Notes: generated by a model not told the origin, from the letters alone. Positions 41,071 to 50,792 are shown, counted from the stretch's first letter. The stretch: DNA of 64,000 bases from an uncultured Opitutales bacterium (GCA_964457855.1 CAYWEO010000004.1:4127-68126), one strand, 5' to 3'. Program-made: numbers and translations.

Positions 41071-41145
41071 GGGTCGGTAGCTCAGCGGTAGAGCAGTGGC
41101 CTTTTAAGCCATTGGTCCTGGGTTCGAGTCCCAGCCGGCCTACCA
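41071..41145 (+). tRNA. tRNA-Lys (anticodon TTT)
   Basis: Acceptor stem gggtcgg/ccggcct, D-arm tagctcagcggtagagc, anticodon loop CTTTTAA, T-arm gggttcgagtccc, encoded CCA. Confidence 0.85.
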
Positions 41146-41286
41146 AAATCAAAAGCAACCCATCAATTTTGAGCACTAGGTTCGTTGCGAAAAAAATTTA
41201 ACCCATCACGTACATCAGTACGCTCAGGGATTAAATTTTTTTCGCGCCTGCCTATCATCTCAAAATTGATGGGTTGCTTTTGATTT
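41146..41286. repeat. Family-A element, copy A10
   Basis: 28-nt perfect outer stem aaatcaaaagcaacccatcaattttgag / ctcaaaattgatgggttgcttttgattt, with apex catcacgtacatcagtacgctcagg. Starts at the nucleotide after the tRNA-Lys CCA. Confidence 0.85.
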
Positions 41287-41380
41287 AGTCGTTTTTAAGA
41301 CTCTATCATCTTGAAATCGACGCCTTCCTGGCGATTTAGTAATTTTAGAGGTGCGTTCAGGACCGGTTTTTTCGGGGTCA

Positions 41381-41821
41381 TCATGAAGCCTGATACGAAT
41401 AATTTTCGCTCTCAAAAATGACTTTGAAACCCAGCTTTTTATAGATAGAGAGGCCAGCATCAGAGGCGCCCAAAAAGCAATCAGTCACTCCTGACTCTTT
41501 AGCTCGCAACAACACGTACTTCAAAAGTTTTGTGGCATACCCCCTCCCTTGGAATTCAGGCAGGGTACCAACATCATCGATTCTAGCAATATTGCCCTTG
41601 ATGGACAACGTAATCGAGGAGACGGGTTGCTTGTTTTGATATAAACAATAATGTTCGAGTTTAAAGTGGCGTTCCAAAGCTCGCAAATGGGCTTTTGCGT
41701 AAATAGCAGTGATCTCGGCCGTTGAGTCAAAGGCACCTATGAGAGGTATCGACCAATCCGTCAAAGAATCGTCCGACGCTATGCAAATGTCGTCTCCCAA
41801 CAGCTTCCGAAGGGATGTCAT
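41381..41821 (-). CDS. GNAT family N-acetyltransferase
   Basis: Acetyl-CoA binding motif ..ARIDDVGTLPEFQGRGYATKLLKYVL..A and a C-terminal ..LYKKLGFKV. Confidence 0.75.
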   Translation of the reverse strand: MTSLRKLLGDDICIASDDSLTDWSIPLIGAFDSTAEITAIYAKAHLRALERHFKLEHYCLYQNKQPVSSITLSIKGNIARIDDVGTLPEFQGRGYATKLLKYVLLRAKESGVTDCFLGASDAGLSIYKKLGFKVIFESENYSYQAS

Positions 41822-41889
41822 GATGCATTGACTTTAGAGCCATCGCGGCAGTTTTACCCGTTTGCAGGCCATCTGTTTCTTTAAAAATA

Positions 41890-42057
41890 TTCGGAAACTT
41901 TTCTGTTCCGGAACAGAAAAGTTTCCGAACCTTCAAAAGAAAAGCGGAATCGGAAGGCATTTTTTGGCACTTCGTGTCCAAAAAATGCCTTCCGAATTGA
42001 GAGTTTTTTTGGAAAGGGCCCGGGAAAACCTATTTTTGCAAAAAATGGTTTTCCCGG
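41890..42057. repeat. Family-B three-hairpin composite, copy B5 (h1-linker-h2-h3)
   Basis: Hairpins at 41890-41929, 41951-41994 and 42020-42057. Same order and orientation as B1. Confidence 0.85.
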
Positions 42058-42065
42058 CGGCCTAC

Positions 42066-42296
42066 CTAGCGAAACCTCAAGCAGTTATTCGCCTGCGAGC
42101 ACCGTGGGCAGGGCTCGACGTCTGTGGTTGAGGTGCCTTGGTAGATGAGTTCGCAATGGGAGCAATAAAAGACGTTTGCGGCGCTGGAACATGGTTTATA
42201 CGCACGCCGATCCTGTTCATCGCATAGCATCCAAAGAACGAATACAAAAAAAAGAGCCATGAATGTCAATAGGGCAAACATGGCTTCAATATCCAT
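42066..42296 (-). CDS. Small membrane-anchored zinc-ribbon protein (hypothetical)
   Basis: 76 aa. N-terminal TM FALLTFMALFFVFVLWML, then CSHC...x13...CPRC. Lies 32 nt downstream of rplQ. Confidence 0.4.
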   Translation of the reverse strand: MDIEAMFALLTFMALFFVFVLWMLCDEQDRRAYKPCSSAANVFYCSHCELIYQGTSTTDVEPCPRCSQANNCLRFR

Positions 42297-42328
42297 AAAA
42301 TTCCTCTCGTTTATAGAATGGGGGCAAC

Positions 42329-42811
42329 TTACACGTTACCGTCTGATTTCGCAGCAGGTTCAGCGCTATTGGCGGCAGCATCCACCTTCTGTTGTTTTTC
42401 CGCACTTGACATGAGGAGCCGCTCTCCATTTTTGTCTAAAAGTTCAATAATACCGCGTGGAGAGGCGTCGCCAATGCGCGGAATCATCTTGTAAATGCGC
42501 GTATAGCCACCGTTACGATTCGCAAACTCTTGAGCGACCTTCGGGTCAAACAAGCGCCTGACCGCATTTTTATCATGCACTCTAGCGATGGACAAACGCA
42601 AACAATGGAGCTTCTCAGCCCTATTTTCGGACAAAAACGCTTGTTTTGCAAACGAAATAATCCTTTCTGCGAACGGACGAAGTGCCTTTGCTTTGATTAA
42701 AGTTGTTTGGATACGCCCATGCCTAAAAAGCGCGGCCGCCAAATTAGCAATCATTGCGCTCCGGTGTTCTTTTTTAACACCTAACGAGTATTTATGTTTT
42801 AAGTGACGCAT
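42329..42811 (-). CDS. rplQ: 50S ribosomal protein L17
   Basis: MRHLKHKYSLG..EHR.AM..NL...L..H.RI.TT..KAK..RP. Last gene of the alpha operon. Has a C-terminal extension. Confidence 0.9.
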   Translation of the reverse strand: MRHLKHKYSLGVKKEHRSAMIANLAAALFRHGRIQTTLIKAKALRPFAERIISFAKQAFLSENRAEKLHCLRLSIARVHDKNAVRRLFDPKVAQEFANRNGGYTRIYKMIPRIGDASPRGIIELLDKNGERLLMSSAEKQQKVDAAANSAEPAAKSDGNV

Positions 42812-42834
42812 AAAAAATGTCCTGTTTTAAAGAA

Positions 42835-43950
42835 TTATGATCGTTCCATTTGAGGGATTTTCGATTCGGATGCCGAAAGCAAGAAATCGTTACGTTGCGT
42901 CAGCCGATCCATTTGAAACTCTGACGTTTGTTCGATACTATTTATTTGGGGAGCCGTCGGATGATTCGTCAGCAGCTGTGGATCGATGTGCATGCCTAAC
43001 GACAGACCTAACTGTTCTAGCTTAGCCTTAATTTCGTTAAGCGATTTTTTACCGAAATTACGGTATTTGAGCATTTCCGCCTCAGTTTTGATCACCAACT
43101 CTCCGACTCGCGTGATTTTCGCGTTATTCAAGCAATTGCTTGAGCGGACAGACAACTCAATTTCATTCACGTTCAAATTCAACAGAGACTTGAAACGATT
43201 GTCTTGTTCATTAGCAACCTTTTGCTCCGTTTCGAACTGAATTTCTTGATGGTTATAGCGCTCAAAAATTTGCAAGTGATGCTGAATAATTTTCGTCGCC
43301 TCTTGAAGGGCATCATCTGCGGAAATACGGCCATCAGTCATAATTCCTAGGGTTAACTTGTCGAAATCCGTAATTTTGCCAACACGCGTATTTTCAACGG
43401 CATACTGAACGCCAATAATGGGACTAAACTGACAATCCATGGGAATGAGCCCAATCAAGGAACCATCCTTTTTATTGTCCTCCGCTGGGCGATAACCGCG
43501 ACCCACCAAAACATCAAGCTCCAGCAGTAGATGCTGCTTGGTATCAAGCGTACAAATGATTTGCTTCGGATTGATGATTTCAATGTCGGCATGCGGTTGA
43601 ATATCTCCCGCCTCGACAACACCTTCCTTGTTGACTTCCAACACCAATCGGACACTTTCCCGCGAAGAACTTTTCAGCAAAACTCGCTTTAAATTCAGGA
43701 TAATTTCGGTGACATCCTCAACAACCCCATCAATCGATTGAAACTCATGCGTAATATCAGGTATCGCAAAGCGTAAAGAAGAGATGGCAGCGCCCTCAAT
43801 CGAGCTCAGCAGCACCCTCCTATACACGTTACCAATTGTCCATCCAAAACCCTTTTCAAAGGGTTCCGCGATAAATTTTGCGTAATTTGTACCTTCCTCG
43901 ACCTTAACCAAGCGATTGGGCACCTCGAATTTTCCTAGACGTTTAGCCAT
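42835..43950 (-). CDS. rpoA: DNA-directed RNA polymerase subunit alpha
   Basis: N-terminal ..YAKF..EPFE.GFG.T.GN..RR.LLSS..G.A motif, a C-terminal domain with ELSVRSSNCL and operon position. The tail is longer than in the E. coli protein. Confidence 0.92.
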   Translation of the reverse strand: MAKRLGKFEVPNRLVKVEEGTNYAKFIAEPFEKGFGWTIGNVYRRVLLSSIEGAAISSLRFAIPDITHEFQSIDGVVEDVTEIILNLKRVLLKSSSRESVRLVLEVNKEGVVEAGDIQPHADIEIINPKQIICTLDTKQHLLLELDVLVGRGYRPAEDNKKDGSLIGLIPMDCQFSPIIGVQYAVENTRVGKITDFDKLTLGIMTDGRISADDALQEATKIIQHHLQIFERYNHQEIQFETEQKVANEQDNRFKSLLNLNVNEIELSVRSSNCLNNAKITRVGELVIKTEAEMLKYRNFGKKSLNEIKAKLEQLGLSLGMHIDPQLLTNHPTAPQINSIEQTSEFQMDRLTQRNDFLLSASESKIPQMERS

Positions 43951-43997
43951 ATTTTAAAATTGTTGATTGAATGTTGAACCACTGCCTATATTAATTA

Positions 43998-44603
43998 TTA
44001 ACGACGATAAAACTCAATAATTCTTTGATCATCAATATCTTTTACCATCTCATCGCGCACCGGCAAACGATTAACGATTCCCTTGAGACTCTCCGGAATC
44101 ACCGTCATCCAAGGCGGGGTCGGACGAAACTGTGTCTCATCCAAACACCTTGTCACTAACTGACGTGAAGTGATCTTCTCTTTAACATGAATTTCATCTC
44201 CGGGTTTGCAAGTACAACTCGAGATATTGACTTTTCTGCCGTTGACCTGAACGTGACCGTGAAAAACTAACTGACGAGCCGCTTTCCGTGTCTTTGCAAA
44301 ACCTAAACTATAAACAACGCTATCAAGGCGCGTCTCAAGCAATTGCAGCAGAACGTGTCCCGTCACTCCCTTCATCTTTTTTGCACGTGCAAACGTTAAC
44401 CGCAGCTGACTTTCCGTCAAACCGAACATGAAACGCAACTTTTGCTTCTCATTCAATCCGGTTGAGTAGTCATTCACCTTACGGCGCAACTTAGGTCCAT
44501 GTATACCTGGCAAATAGGGCTTACGTTCGTAAGCTTTTGTCAAAGGGAAAATAGCCTGTTTGTACTTTCTGTTGATCCGCGTCGTGGGTCCCGTGTAACG
44601 CAT
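43998..44603 (-). CDS. rpsD: 30S ribosomal protein S4
   Basis: MRYTGP..R..R start, S4 RNA-binding domain (RLDSVVY.LGFA.TR..ARQLV.HGH..VNG) and operon position. Confidence 0.92.
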   Translation of the reverse strand: MRYTGPTTRINRKYKQAIFPLTKAYERKPYLPGIHGPKLRRKVNDYSTGLNEKQKLRFMFGLTESQLRLTFARAKKMKGVTGHVLLQLLETRLDSVVYSLGFAKTRKAARQLVFHGHVQVNGRKVNISSCTCKPGDEIHVKEKITSRQLVTRCLDETQFRPTPPWMTVIPESLKGIVNRLPVRDEMVKDIDDQRIIEFYRR

Positions 44604-44630
44604 AATTGATAAGCTCCTAAACTAAAAATG

Positions 44631-45143
44631 TTAAACTCTTCTTTGTTTCTTTGAACGACAACCGTTATGAGGAACCGGCGTGACATCAAAAATATCCGTT
44701 ACGACCAACCCGATCGATTGAACAGCTCTGATCGATGGATCACGTCCCATTCCAGGGCCATTAACCTTGATAACAACCTCCTTCAAACCGTGAGACATGG
44801 CCACTTTCGCGGCATCTTGCGTCACCATTTGAGCTGCGTAAGCGGTCGATTTCTTCGATCCCCTAAAGTGACACTTGCCGGCGCTCGATGACGCAATCAC
44901 GTTCCCCTTATGATCCGTAAAACAAATCTGGGTGTTATTAAAGCTCGCGCGAATGCAGCAAATACCAGTATGGATGTTTTTGCTCCCTTTGGCGCGCTTA
45001 ATTTTAAATTCCTTGCCGTCCAGTTCGCCCTTCAACAAATCGGCAGCCTCCAACTGGGAGCCCGCAGCCTTAGCGGTGTCCTGTTGCTTGACCTCGAGGT
45101 TTGTTTCGGGTTTGAGTTTCTCGGTAATAATTTCTTTAGACAT
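44631..45143 (-). CDS. rpsK: 30S ribosomal protein S11 (with ~40-aa N-terminal extension)
   Basis: Core I..SFNNT....TD..GN.I...SAG...F.GS.KST.YAAQ. Operon position. Confidence 0.9.
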   Translation of the reverse strand: MSKEIITEKLKPETNLEVKQQDTAKAAGSQLEAADLLKGELDGKEFKIKRAKGSKNIHTGICCIRASFNNTQICFTDHKGNVIASSSAGKCHFRGSKKSTAYAAQMVTQDAAKVAMSHGLKEVVIKVNGPGMGRDPSIRAVQSIGLVVTDIFDVTPVPHNGCRSKKQRRV

Positions 45144-45164
45144 AATGTTCTTATTGAATAATTT

Positions 45165-45527
45165 TTACGACTTGCCTTTCATTGCTCCGACGGTCTTGCG
45201 CTTACCTTTGCGCGTCCGTGCGTTGGTGTGCGTGCGCTGCCCTCTGACGGGAAGTCCCCTTCTGTGGCGAATTCCCCTGTAGCATCCAATCGCCTGTAAG
45301 CGCTTGATGTTGGCGGCAATTCCACGACGAAGATCTCCCTCCACAGGGAACGTGATCAGCTCAGCGACACGATTCAGCTCCTCTTCCGATAAATCGTTGA
45401 CTCGACGATTCGGATCTATGCCAGCTTGTTCCACTAGCCGCTTAGCTTTACTAAGGCCAATGCCATAAATATACGGCAAGGCGTACTCTATTTTTTTATT
45501 AGGAAGTTCCACTCCAAGTAAACGCAT
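45165..45527 (-). CDS. rpsM: 30S ribosomal protein S13
   Basis: [20 protein letters not shown]...A start and a [16 protein letters not shown] tail. Confidence 0.93.
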   Translation of the reverse strand: MRLLGVELPNKKIEYALPYIYGIGLSKAKRLVEQAGIDPNRRVNDLSEEELNRVAELITFPVEGDLRRGIAANIKRLQAIGCYRGIRHRRGLPVRGQRTHTNARTRKGKRKTVGAMKGKS

Positions 45528-45574
45528 AAATTTATTTCCTTATTGTTTTAAAGTTTAATTAAAAGAACCATTTT

Positions 45575-46336
45575 TCATGGTATTGTCAATATTTCCGGTT
45601 CATGATCTTTCAAAAGAACAGTATGCTCAAAGTGAGCGCACGGTTTTTGATCCTTCGTGCGGATCGTCCAACCGTCTTTTGCCGTCTCCACGTGCGGATT
45701 TCCAGAACAAATCATCGTCTCAATAGCCAACGTCATCCCCGCATGCAGCTGAGCACCGGTTCCCGGCACGCCGTAATTAGGAATCTGCGGCTCTTCGTGC
45801 ATTTGTTTGCCAATCCCATGGCCAACAAATTCTCGCACAACGCTAAACCCCTGCCCTTCAGCACAGGATTGAATCGCATACGAAATGTCGCCAACAAACT
45901 TGCCCGGCCGTGCTTGCTTGATCGCCAAAAAGAGAGCCTCCTCAGCCACTTTTAACAGATGCAAAACCTTCGCATCCACAGCGCCAACAGCAACCGTTCT
46001 AGCATTGTCACCGACATAGCCATCATAACGCACAGCTACATCGGCAGTCACAATATCCCCCTCGCGAATAGTACGCTTTTTAGACGGAATTCCATGAACA
46101 AGCTCGTCATTAACGGAAATACAGGTGTAAGATGGAAACGTTTTGCTGCCTAAACGATAACCGTATTCAGCACTTTCACACCCCAACTCACGCATACACG
46201 TGTACCCAATTTGGTCCAAGTCTTCTGTCGTCACACCGGACTTAACCGCACTTAACATACGATCCAGGACAACTGCCGCCATCTTGCAGACACAACGCAT
46301 CTTTTCGATTTCTCGATCTGTCTTAACGGGAATCAC
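45575..46336 (-). CDS. map: Methionine aminopeptidase, type I
   Basis: NDELVHGIP, D.....DGY.GD, H.IG and EP metal-ligand pattern. Position after secY. Confidence 0.9.
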   Translation of the reverse strand: MIPVKTDREIEKMRCVCKMAAVVLDRMLSAVKSGVTTEDLDQIGYTCMRELGCESAEYGYRLGSKTFPSYTCISVNDELVHGIPSKKRTIREGDIVTADVAVRYDGYVGDNARTVAVGAVDAKVLHLLKVAEEALFLAIKQARPGKFVGDISYAIQSCAEGQGFSVVREFVGHGIGKQMHEEPQIPNYGVPGTGAQLHAGMTLAIETMICSGNPHVETAKDGWTIRTKDQKPCAHFEHTVLLKDHEPEILTIP

Positions 46337-47848
46337 TTAGATACAAAACCTTAAGAGCCACGCCAAAATACCCGTTACGAATAACGCCAATAAAGGGTAC
46401 CACAGCCATTTCAAATTCCTCATCTCACCAGAATCCAGAAGGTGATGGTGCGACTTGCCCACAACGTTACTGTGTGCAACCGACTTCCCCTTCTTCGTGA
46501 AACCATCATAATGCCGCTGAAGCAAATAGGTTTCCACCTGGCGCATGGTATCCAATACCACACCAACCGTAATTAACGTTCCCGTGCCGCCAAAGAACAA
46601 AGCAATGCGATAAGGAATATTGTACAGGAAATACAATAAATCTGGCATCAAGGCAATGACCGTCAAGAAAATAGAGCCCGCCAGAGTCAAGCGCGTCATG
46701 ACAAAGTCCAAAAACTTCGCCGTCGGCTCGCCCGGCCTAACACCAAGGATGTAACCACCGTTTTGCTTCAATTCTTCAGAAATCTGAATCGGGCGAAACA
46801 TCACAGAGACCCAAAAATAGCTAAAACCCAAGATCAGGGAGCCATAAATCAAGTAATACGAGAGAGAGCCTTGCACTAAGTAGGCTGACCAGGACTGAAA
46901 GACCTGAACGCCCGTCGCCGCCCCCAAATAGGCCAGAATTTGTTGCGGGAACATCAAAACAGCACTCGCGAAAATCACCGGCATGACGCCCGAATAGTTG
47001 ATTTTCAGGGGTAAAAAGGAACTTTGACCGCCATAAACCCGCCTTCCAACCACGCGTTTAGCGTATTGAACGGGAATTTTACGCTGACCCTGCGTTACGG
47101 AAATCATCGAGGCAATCACGACGCAAAGCAAGCAGAGCATAAGAAGCGCCTGCGCAATCCCGAAACTGGGCCCTTCGGCTCCCAAAGGTTTCGAAAACAT
47201 TTGGAATAAAACGACAATAGCCTGGGGAAGTCCCGCCAAGATACCAACAGTAATGAGCAAGGAAATGCCGTTACCGATACCGTGTTGCGTGATTTGGTCG
47301 CCCAACCACATCAAAACCATTGTCCCTGTCGTCAACAAACACGTAGAAACAAGGATAAACCAGGCCCCACTACTGGAGACAATCTCTCCATAAATATCGG
47401 GGTTAAATCCCGGGAAAAGTTTACTGGGATAGTTCGTCAGAGCTAAAACCAAGAGGAATCCCTGAATCAAACATATAATGAGAGCCAAATAACGCGTGTA
47501 CTGCGTAATTTTTTGACGCCCAACATCGCCCTCCTGCTGCAATCGCGATAACGATGGCAAAACAGCGGTCAACAATTGAAAAATAATCGAAGCGCTGATG
47601 TACGGCATAATACCCAAGCCAAAAACAGCACCCTTCAAAAAAGCGCCCCCTGTAAACATATTGTAAAGGCTTACAAGAGATCCTCCTCCCATTTTTTGGG
47701 AGGAAAAGAAACTTTGAAGGGCGAGCGTGTCCACTCCAGGTAATGGAATGTTACTCCCAACCCTTGCTACGAACAACAAAGCAAGCGTAAATAAAATACG
47801 CCGCTTAAGCTCCGGTATTTTGAAAGAATTAACAAATGCAGATATCAT
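46337..47848 (-). CDS. secY: Preprotein translocase subunit SecY
   Basis: 503-aa polytopic ORF with GIMPYISASII and GNGISL motifs. Spc operon position. Has a C-terminal extension with an extra hydrophobic segment. Confidence 0.93.
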   Translation of the reverse strand: MISAFVNSFKIPELKRRILFTLALLFVARVGSNIPLPGVDTLALQSFFSSQKMGGGSLVSLYNMFTGGAFLKGAVFGLGIMPYISASIIFQLLTAVLPSLSRLQQEGDVGRQKITQYTRYLALIICLIQGFLLVLALTNYPSKLFPGFNPDIYGEIVSSSGAWFILVSTCLLTTGTMVLMWLGDQITQHGIGNGISLLITVGILAGLPQAIVVLFQMFSKPLGAEGPSFGIAQALLMLCLLCVVIASMISVTQGQRKIPVQYAKRVVGRRVYGGQSSFLPLKINYSGVMPVIFASAVLMFPQQILAYLGAATGVQVFQSWSAYLVQGSLSYYLIYGSLILGFSYFWVSVMFRPIQISEELKQNGGYILGVRPGEPTAKFLDFVMTRLTLAGSIFLTVIALMPDLLYFLYNIPYRIALFFGGTGTLITVGVVLDTMRQVETYLLQRHYDGFTKKGKSVAHSNVVGKSHHHLLDSGEMRNLKWLWYPLLALFVTGILAWLLRFCI

Positions 47849-47889
47849 AAAAAATATGTCATAGAAAATTCTTCTATACCAAGAAGTGA

Positions 47890-48480
47890 TTATTCTCTCG
47901 AAGGCTCCCGTTGTTGTGGGTAAGAAGATGGTCCTTGAGTATACTCCCTCGAACCCTCTCTTGATGCATCTCTGTCCCTATTTTGTGGGTAAGATGAACC
48001 TTGGGATTCCTGCCTTGGAGCTTCTACTTCCTCAGCTTTTCCGCCGAGAGCTTCAATTCTCTCTTTTGCAGACGCTGAAAAACGATGCGCACGCACAGTA
48101 ATCTTTCTCGTTAAATCACCACCCGCCAACACCTTAGTAGGAGCATTCTCGTCAGAAATCAGACCAGCTGCCTTCATCACAGCAAGATCAATAACCTCTT
48201 CAGTCATTTTCTCAAAGTCGCCTACATTAACGATGGCATACGCAAACTCTGGATTGCGAAAACGATCATTATTGAAACCACGAGTCGGTTGTTTGCGAAA
48301 TTCAGGAACACCTGAATAAGGCCTAAAACCATCCCTTCCTTTTCCGCCGCCAGTACGTGCATTCGCACCATTGCGACCTCTTCCACTTGTGCTACCGCCA
48401 TGTCCGCTGCCAGCACCGTTACCAAAACGCTTGCCTCTGTGGTGTTCACCACCAAACCTAGGCATTGAATTCATTTCCAT
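47890..48480 (-). CDS. rplO: 50S ribosomal protein L15 (with ~45-aa polar C-terminal extension)
   Basis: Gly/Arg-rich N-terminus (G.GHGG.TSGRG.NG...R.GG) and operon position. Confidence 0.88.
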   Translation of the reverse strand: MEMNSMPRFGGEHHRGKRFGNGAGSGHGGSTSGRGRNGANARTGGGKGRDGFRPYSGVPEFRKQPTRGFNNDRFRNPEFAYAIVNVGDFEKMTEEVIDLAVMKAAGLISDENAPTKVLAGGDLTRKITVRAHRFSASAKERIEALGGKAEEVEAPRQESQGSSYPQNRDRDASREGSREYTQGPSSYPQQREPSRE

Positions 48481-48518
48481 ATATTTATCCTATTTTTCTT
48501 ATTTTTGTTTTTAATTGA

Positions 48519-49115
48519 TTAATGTATTTTTTTGCTTTTTTTGAAGCTGATTATTTTTGTATCTCCATCAGTATGCCGAGTCAACCGAATTTCTTCGGCA
48601 GATCGTAATTGCGTCAATGCATTCATAGTGGCTTTTGCAGCAGCAGATCGATTATTGGAGCCTAACGACTTTGTTAAGACATTTGTCACTCCAACCATTT
48701 TCAATACTGCCCGCACAGCCCCACCAGCAACAACCCCAGTACCTTCGCAGGCGGGGCGCAAAATCACTCTCCCACAATCCGCTAAACCAATAACGTCATG
48801 GGGAATCGTTGTCCCTTTCAGAACAACCTTTACCATATTTTTCTTGGCGCATTCCACGCCTTTTTTGATAGCATCGGCCACTTCACTGGCTTTTCCCAAG
48901 CCAATCCCAACACTACCCTTGCGATCGCCGCAGACCACCAAGGCCGCGAAACTAAACCGACGTCCGCCCGCAACAACCTTCGAGCAGCGGTTGATATGGA
49001 CAACCTCTTCCGCAATGCTAGAAACGGGCTTGTTGCTGGCAAATTCCTGCCGCCTACCGCCCCTCTCCCGGCCTCTTTTCTGCGTCGCCGCTCCCGTATT
49101 ACTATAATTTATCAT
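48519..49115 (-). CDS. rpsE: 30S ribosomal protein S5
   Basis: [32 protein letters not shown] motif and operon position. Confidence 0.93.
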   Translation of the reverse strand: MINYSNTGAATQKRGRERGGRRQEFASNKPVSSIAEEVVHINRCSKVVAGGRRFSFAALVVCGDRKGSVGIGLGKASEVADAIKKGVECAKKNMVKVVLKGTTIPHDVIGLADCGRVILRPACEGTGVVAGGAVRAVLKMVGVTNVLTKSLGSNNRSAAAKATMNALTQLRSAEEIRLTRHTDGDTKIISFKKSKKIH

Positions 49116-49130
49116 GTTAATAAATCCCTA

Positions 49131-49493
49131 CTAGAATAATAATCCACCTTCGCGTACCGCATCTGCGAACGCCTTGACACAGCCGTGATAACGACGTCCA
49201 CCGCGATCGAAAACAACCTTAGAAATCGCGTGCTTCTTTGCCTCTTCAGCAAATAATACGCCAATTTTCTGCGCCCCCTCAACATTGGGCTTAATTGCCT
49301 GCGCTTTCAAATCGCTTGCTAACGTCGACTTAAAAAACAGCGTTTTGCCAGCCTCGTCGTCTATACACTGAGCGTAAATGTGCTGGTTGCTAAAATGTAC
49401 AGAAAGCCTCGGACGTTTGTCTGTTCCTATGACCTTTTTACGAATACGATAGCACCGTTTTTGCCTTAAGTCCTGTTTCTTCTTTAAATTCAT
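49131..49493 (-). CDS. rplR: 50S ribosomal protein L18
   Basis: R.R.R.K..G...RPRLSV..SN.HIYAQ.ID and FDRGG..YHG.V.A.AD..REGGL.F. Confidence 0.93.
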   Translation of the reverse strand: MNLKKKQDLRQKRCYRIRKKVIGTDKRPRLSVHFSNQHIYAQCIDDEAGKTLFFKSTLASDLKAQAIKPNVEGAQKIGVLFAEEAKKHAISKVVFDRGGRRYHGCVKAFADAVREGGLLF

Positions 49494-49508
49494 AACATCA
49501 ACCTCACA

Positions 49509-50048
49509 CTAAGCAGTTTTCTTTCCTTCCTTACGACGCACGTATTCCCCAATAATGCGAACACCTTTTCCCTTGTAGGGCTCCACGGGATAAAATCTCT
49601 TGATATCGGCAGCCACTTGGCCCACCATCTTTTTGCTAGCACCCTCTATATGGACCTTCGTGCCATCCTGGATAGTCACCAAAATCCCAGCGGGAATTAT
49701 GTACTGAACGGGATGCGAATAGCCCAAAATAAGATCCAAAAAATTTCCTTTAAGCGTCGCCTTAAAACCAACGCCGGAAATTTCCAAATCCTTCGAATAA
49801 GGCTTCTGAACGCCCTCAATCATATTAAAAATCAAGGAGCGCAAAGTCCCATGCATGGCACCTGCCAAACGCGTATCATTAGCGGGCTCCACAACAACAA
49901 ATTGCGGATCGTGAGTCACTTTTACAACATTCGCGTCAAATTGCTCGAAGAGCTTCCCTTTCGGTCCTTCAACAAAAACCGTCGAGTCACGAACCTCCAC
50001 CTTCACCTTTGGCGGAATCGACACTGGAATTTTACCTTTTCTGCTCAT
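49509..50048 (-). CDS. rplF: 50S ribosomal protein L6
   Basis: MSR.GK.P..IP..V.V........V.GPKG.L start and operon position. Confidence 0.93.
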   Translation of the reverse strand: MSRKGKIPVSIPPKVKVEVRDSTVFVEGPKGKLFEQFDANVVKVTHDPQFVVVEPANDTRLAGAMHGTLRSLIFNMIEGVQKPYSKDLEISGVGFKATLKGNFLDLILGYSHPVQYIIPAGILVTIQDGTKVHIEGASKKMVGQVAADIKRFYPVEPYKGKGVRIIGEYVRRKEGKKTA

Positions 50049-50060
50049 AGAATGCTCCCT

Positions 50061-50456
50061 TTACCACACGCAACAAATATGTTCTCCGCCAACCCTTTCC
50101 TTTCTAGCGCGACGATCCTTCATGACTCCCTTCGAAGTACTGAGAATAGAAGTGCCTAGACCGCCCAAAGTTTTTGGAATGTTCTGATAGGAATAATACA
50201 AACGTCTTCCTGGCTTACTGCAACGTTTTATTTCAGAAATCGCCGGGGCGCCCTTCACGTATTTAAGTCCTATCTCTAGAATGGGAAGCCCTCTCTCGTT
50301 TTTCTCCTCAGAGAAACCACGAATGTAACCTTCCGCTCTTAGAATCGTTAAAATATTCTTCTTCAGTTTCGAAAAAGGAGCCTCACACGTTTCTTTGTGA
50401 GCTGCACTCGCATTTCGAATCGCCGTTAATAAATCACCAATGACATCCATAGCCAT
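50061..50456 (-). CDS. rpsH: 30S ribosomal protein S8
   Basis: D.IGDLLT.IRNA......T......SKL......IL..EGYI.GF, and the end GGE..C.VW. Confidence 0.93.
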   Translation of the reverse strand: MAMDVIGDLLTAIRNASAAHKETCEAPFSKLKKNILTILRAEGYIRGFSEEKNERGLPILEIGLKYVKGAPAISEIKRCSKPGRRLYYSYQNIPKTLGGLGTSILSTSKGVMKDRRARKERVGGEHICCVW

Positions 50457-50480
50457 AAAATACCCTCCATCAATCCTTGA

Positions 50481-50786
50481 TTACCATGAAGATCGCGTAA
50501 CTCCGGGAATCCTCCCCCACGAAGCCCATTCTCTAAAAGTAATCCTTGAAAAACCAAAATACCGCATATATCCCCTCGAGCGACCCGTCACGACGCAGCG
50601 ATTTTTGTAACGCACAGGACAAGAATTCCTGGGCAATTTGGACATAGCGCGTTGTGCGTTAAAAAATTCCTCGTTCGTGGACGCCGGATTGGCTAAAACA
50701 CGCTTGATTTCCGCGCGAACGGGCGCATATTTCTCAATCAAATGCTTTCTTTTATTGTTTCTTTCAATTGAAGATTTTTTTGCCAT
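50481..50786 (-). CDS. rpsN: 30S ribosomal protein S14 (long, 101-aa form)
   Basis: MAKKS.IERN.KR start and ..R..C..TGR.RG..R.FG.SRI.FRE.A..G.IPGV...SW end. Confidence 0.9.
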   Translation of the reverse strand: MAKKSSIERNNKRKHLIEKYAPVRAEIKRVLANPASTNEEFFNAQRAMSKLPRNSCPVRYKNRCVVTGRSRGYMRYFGFSRITFREWASWGRIPGVTRSSW

Positions 50787-50792
50787 AAAAAA

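Noticed and set aside
48532-49139. Plus-strand ORFs of 191 aa and 113 aa antisense to rpsE.
   Set aside because: They are mirror frames of a highly conserved ribosomal protein gene, with Pro/Ala/Thr-rich nonsense translations.
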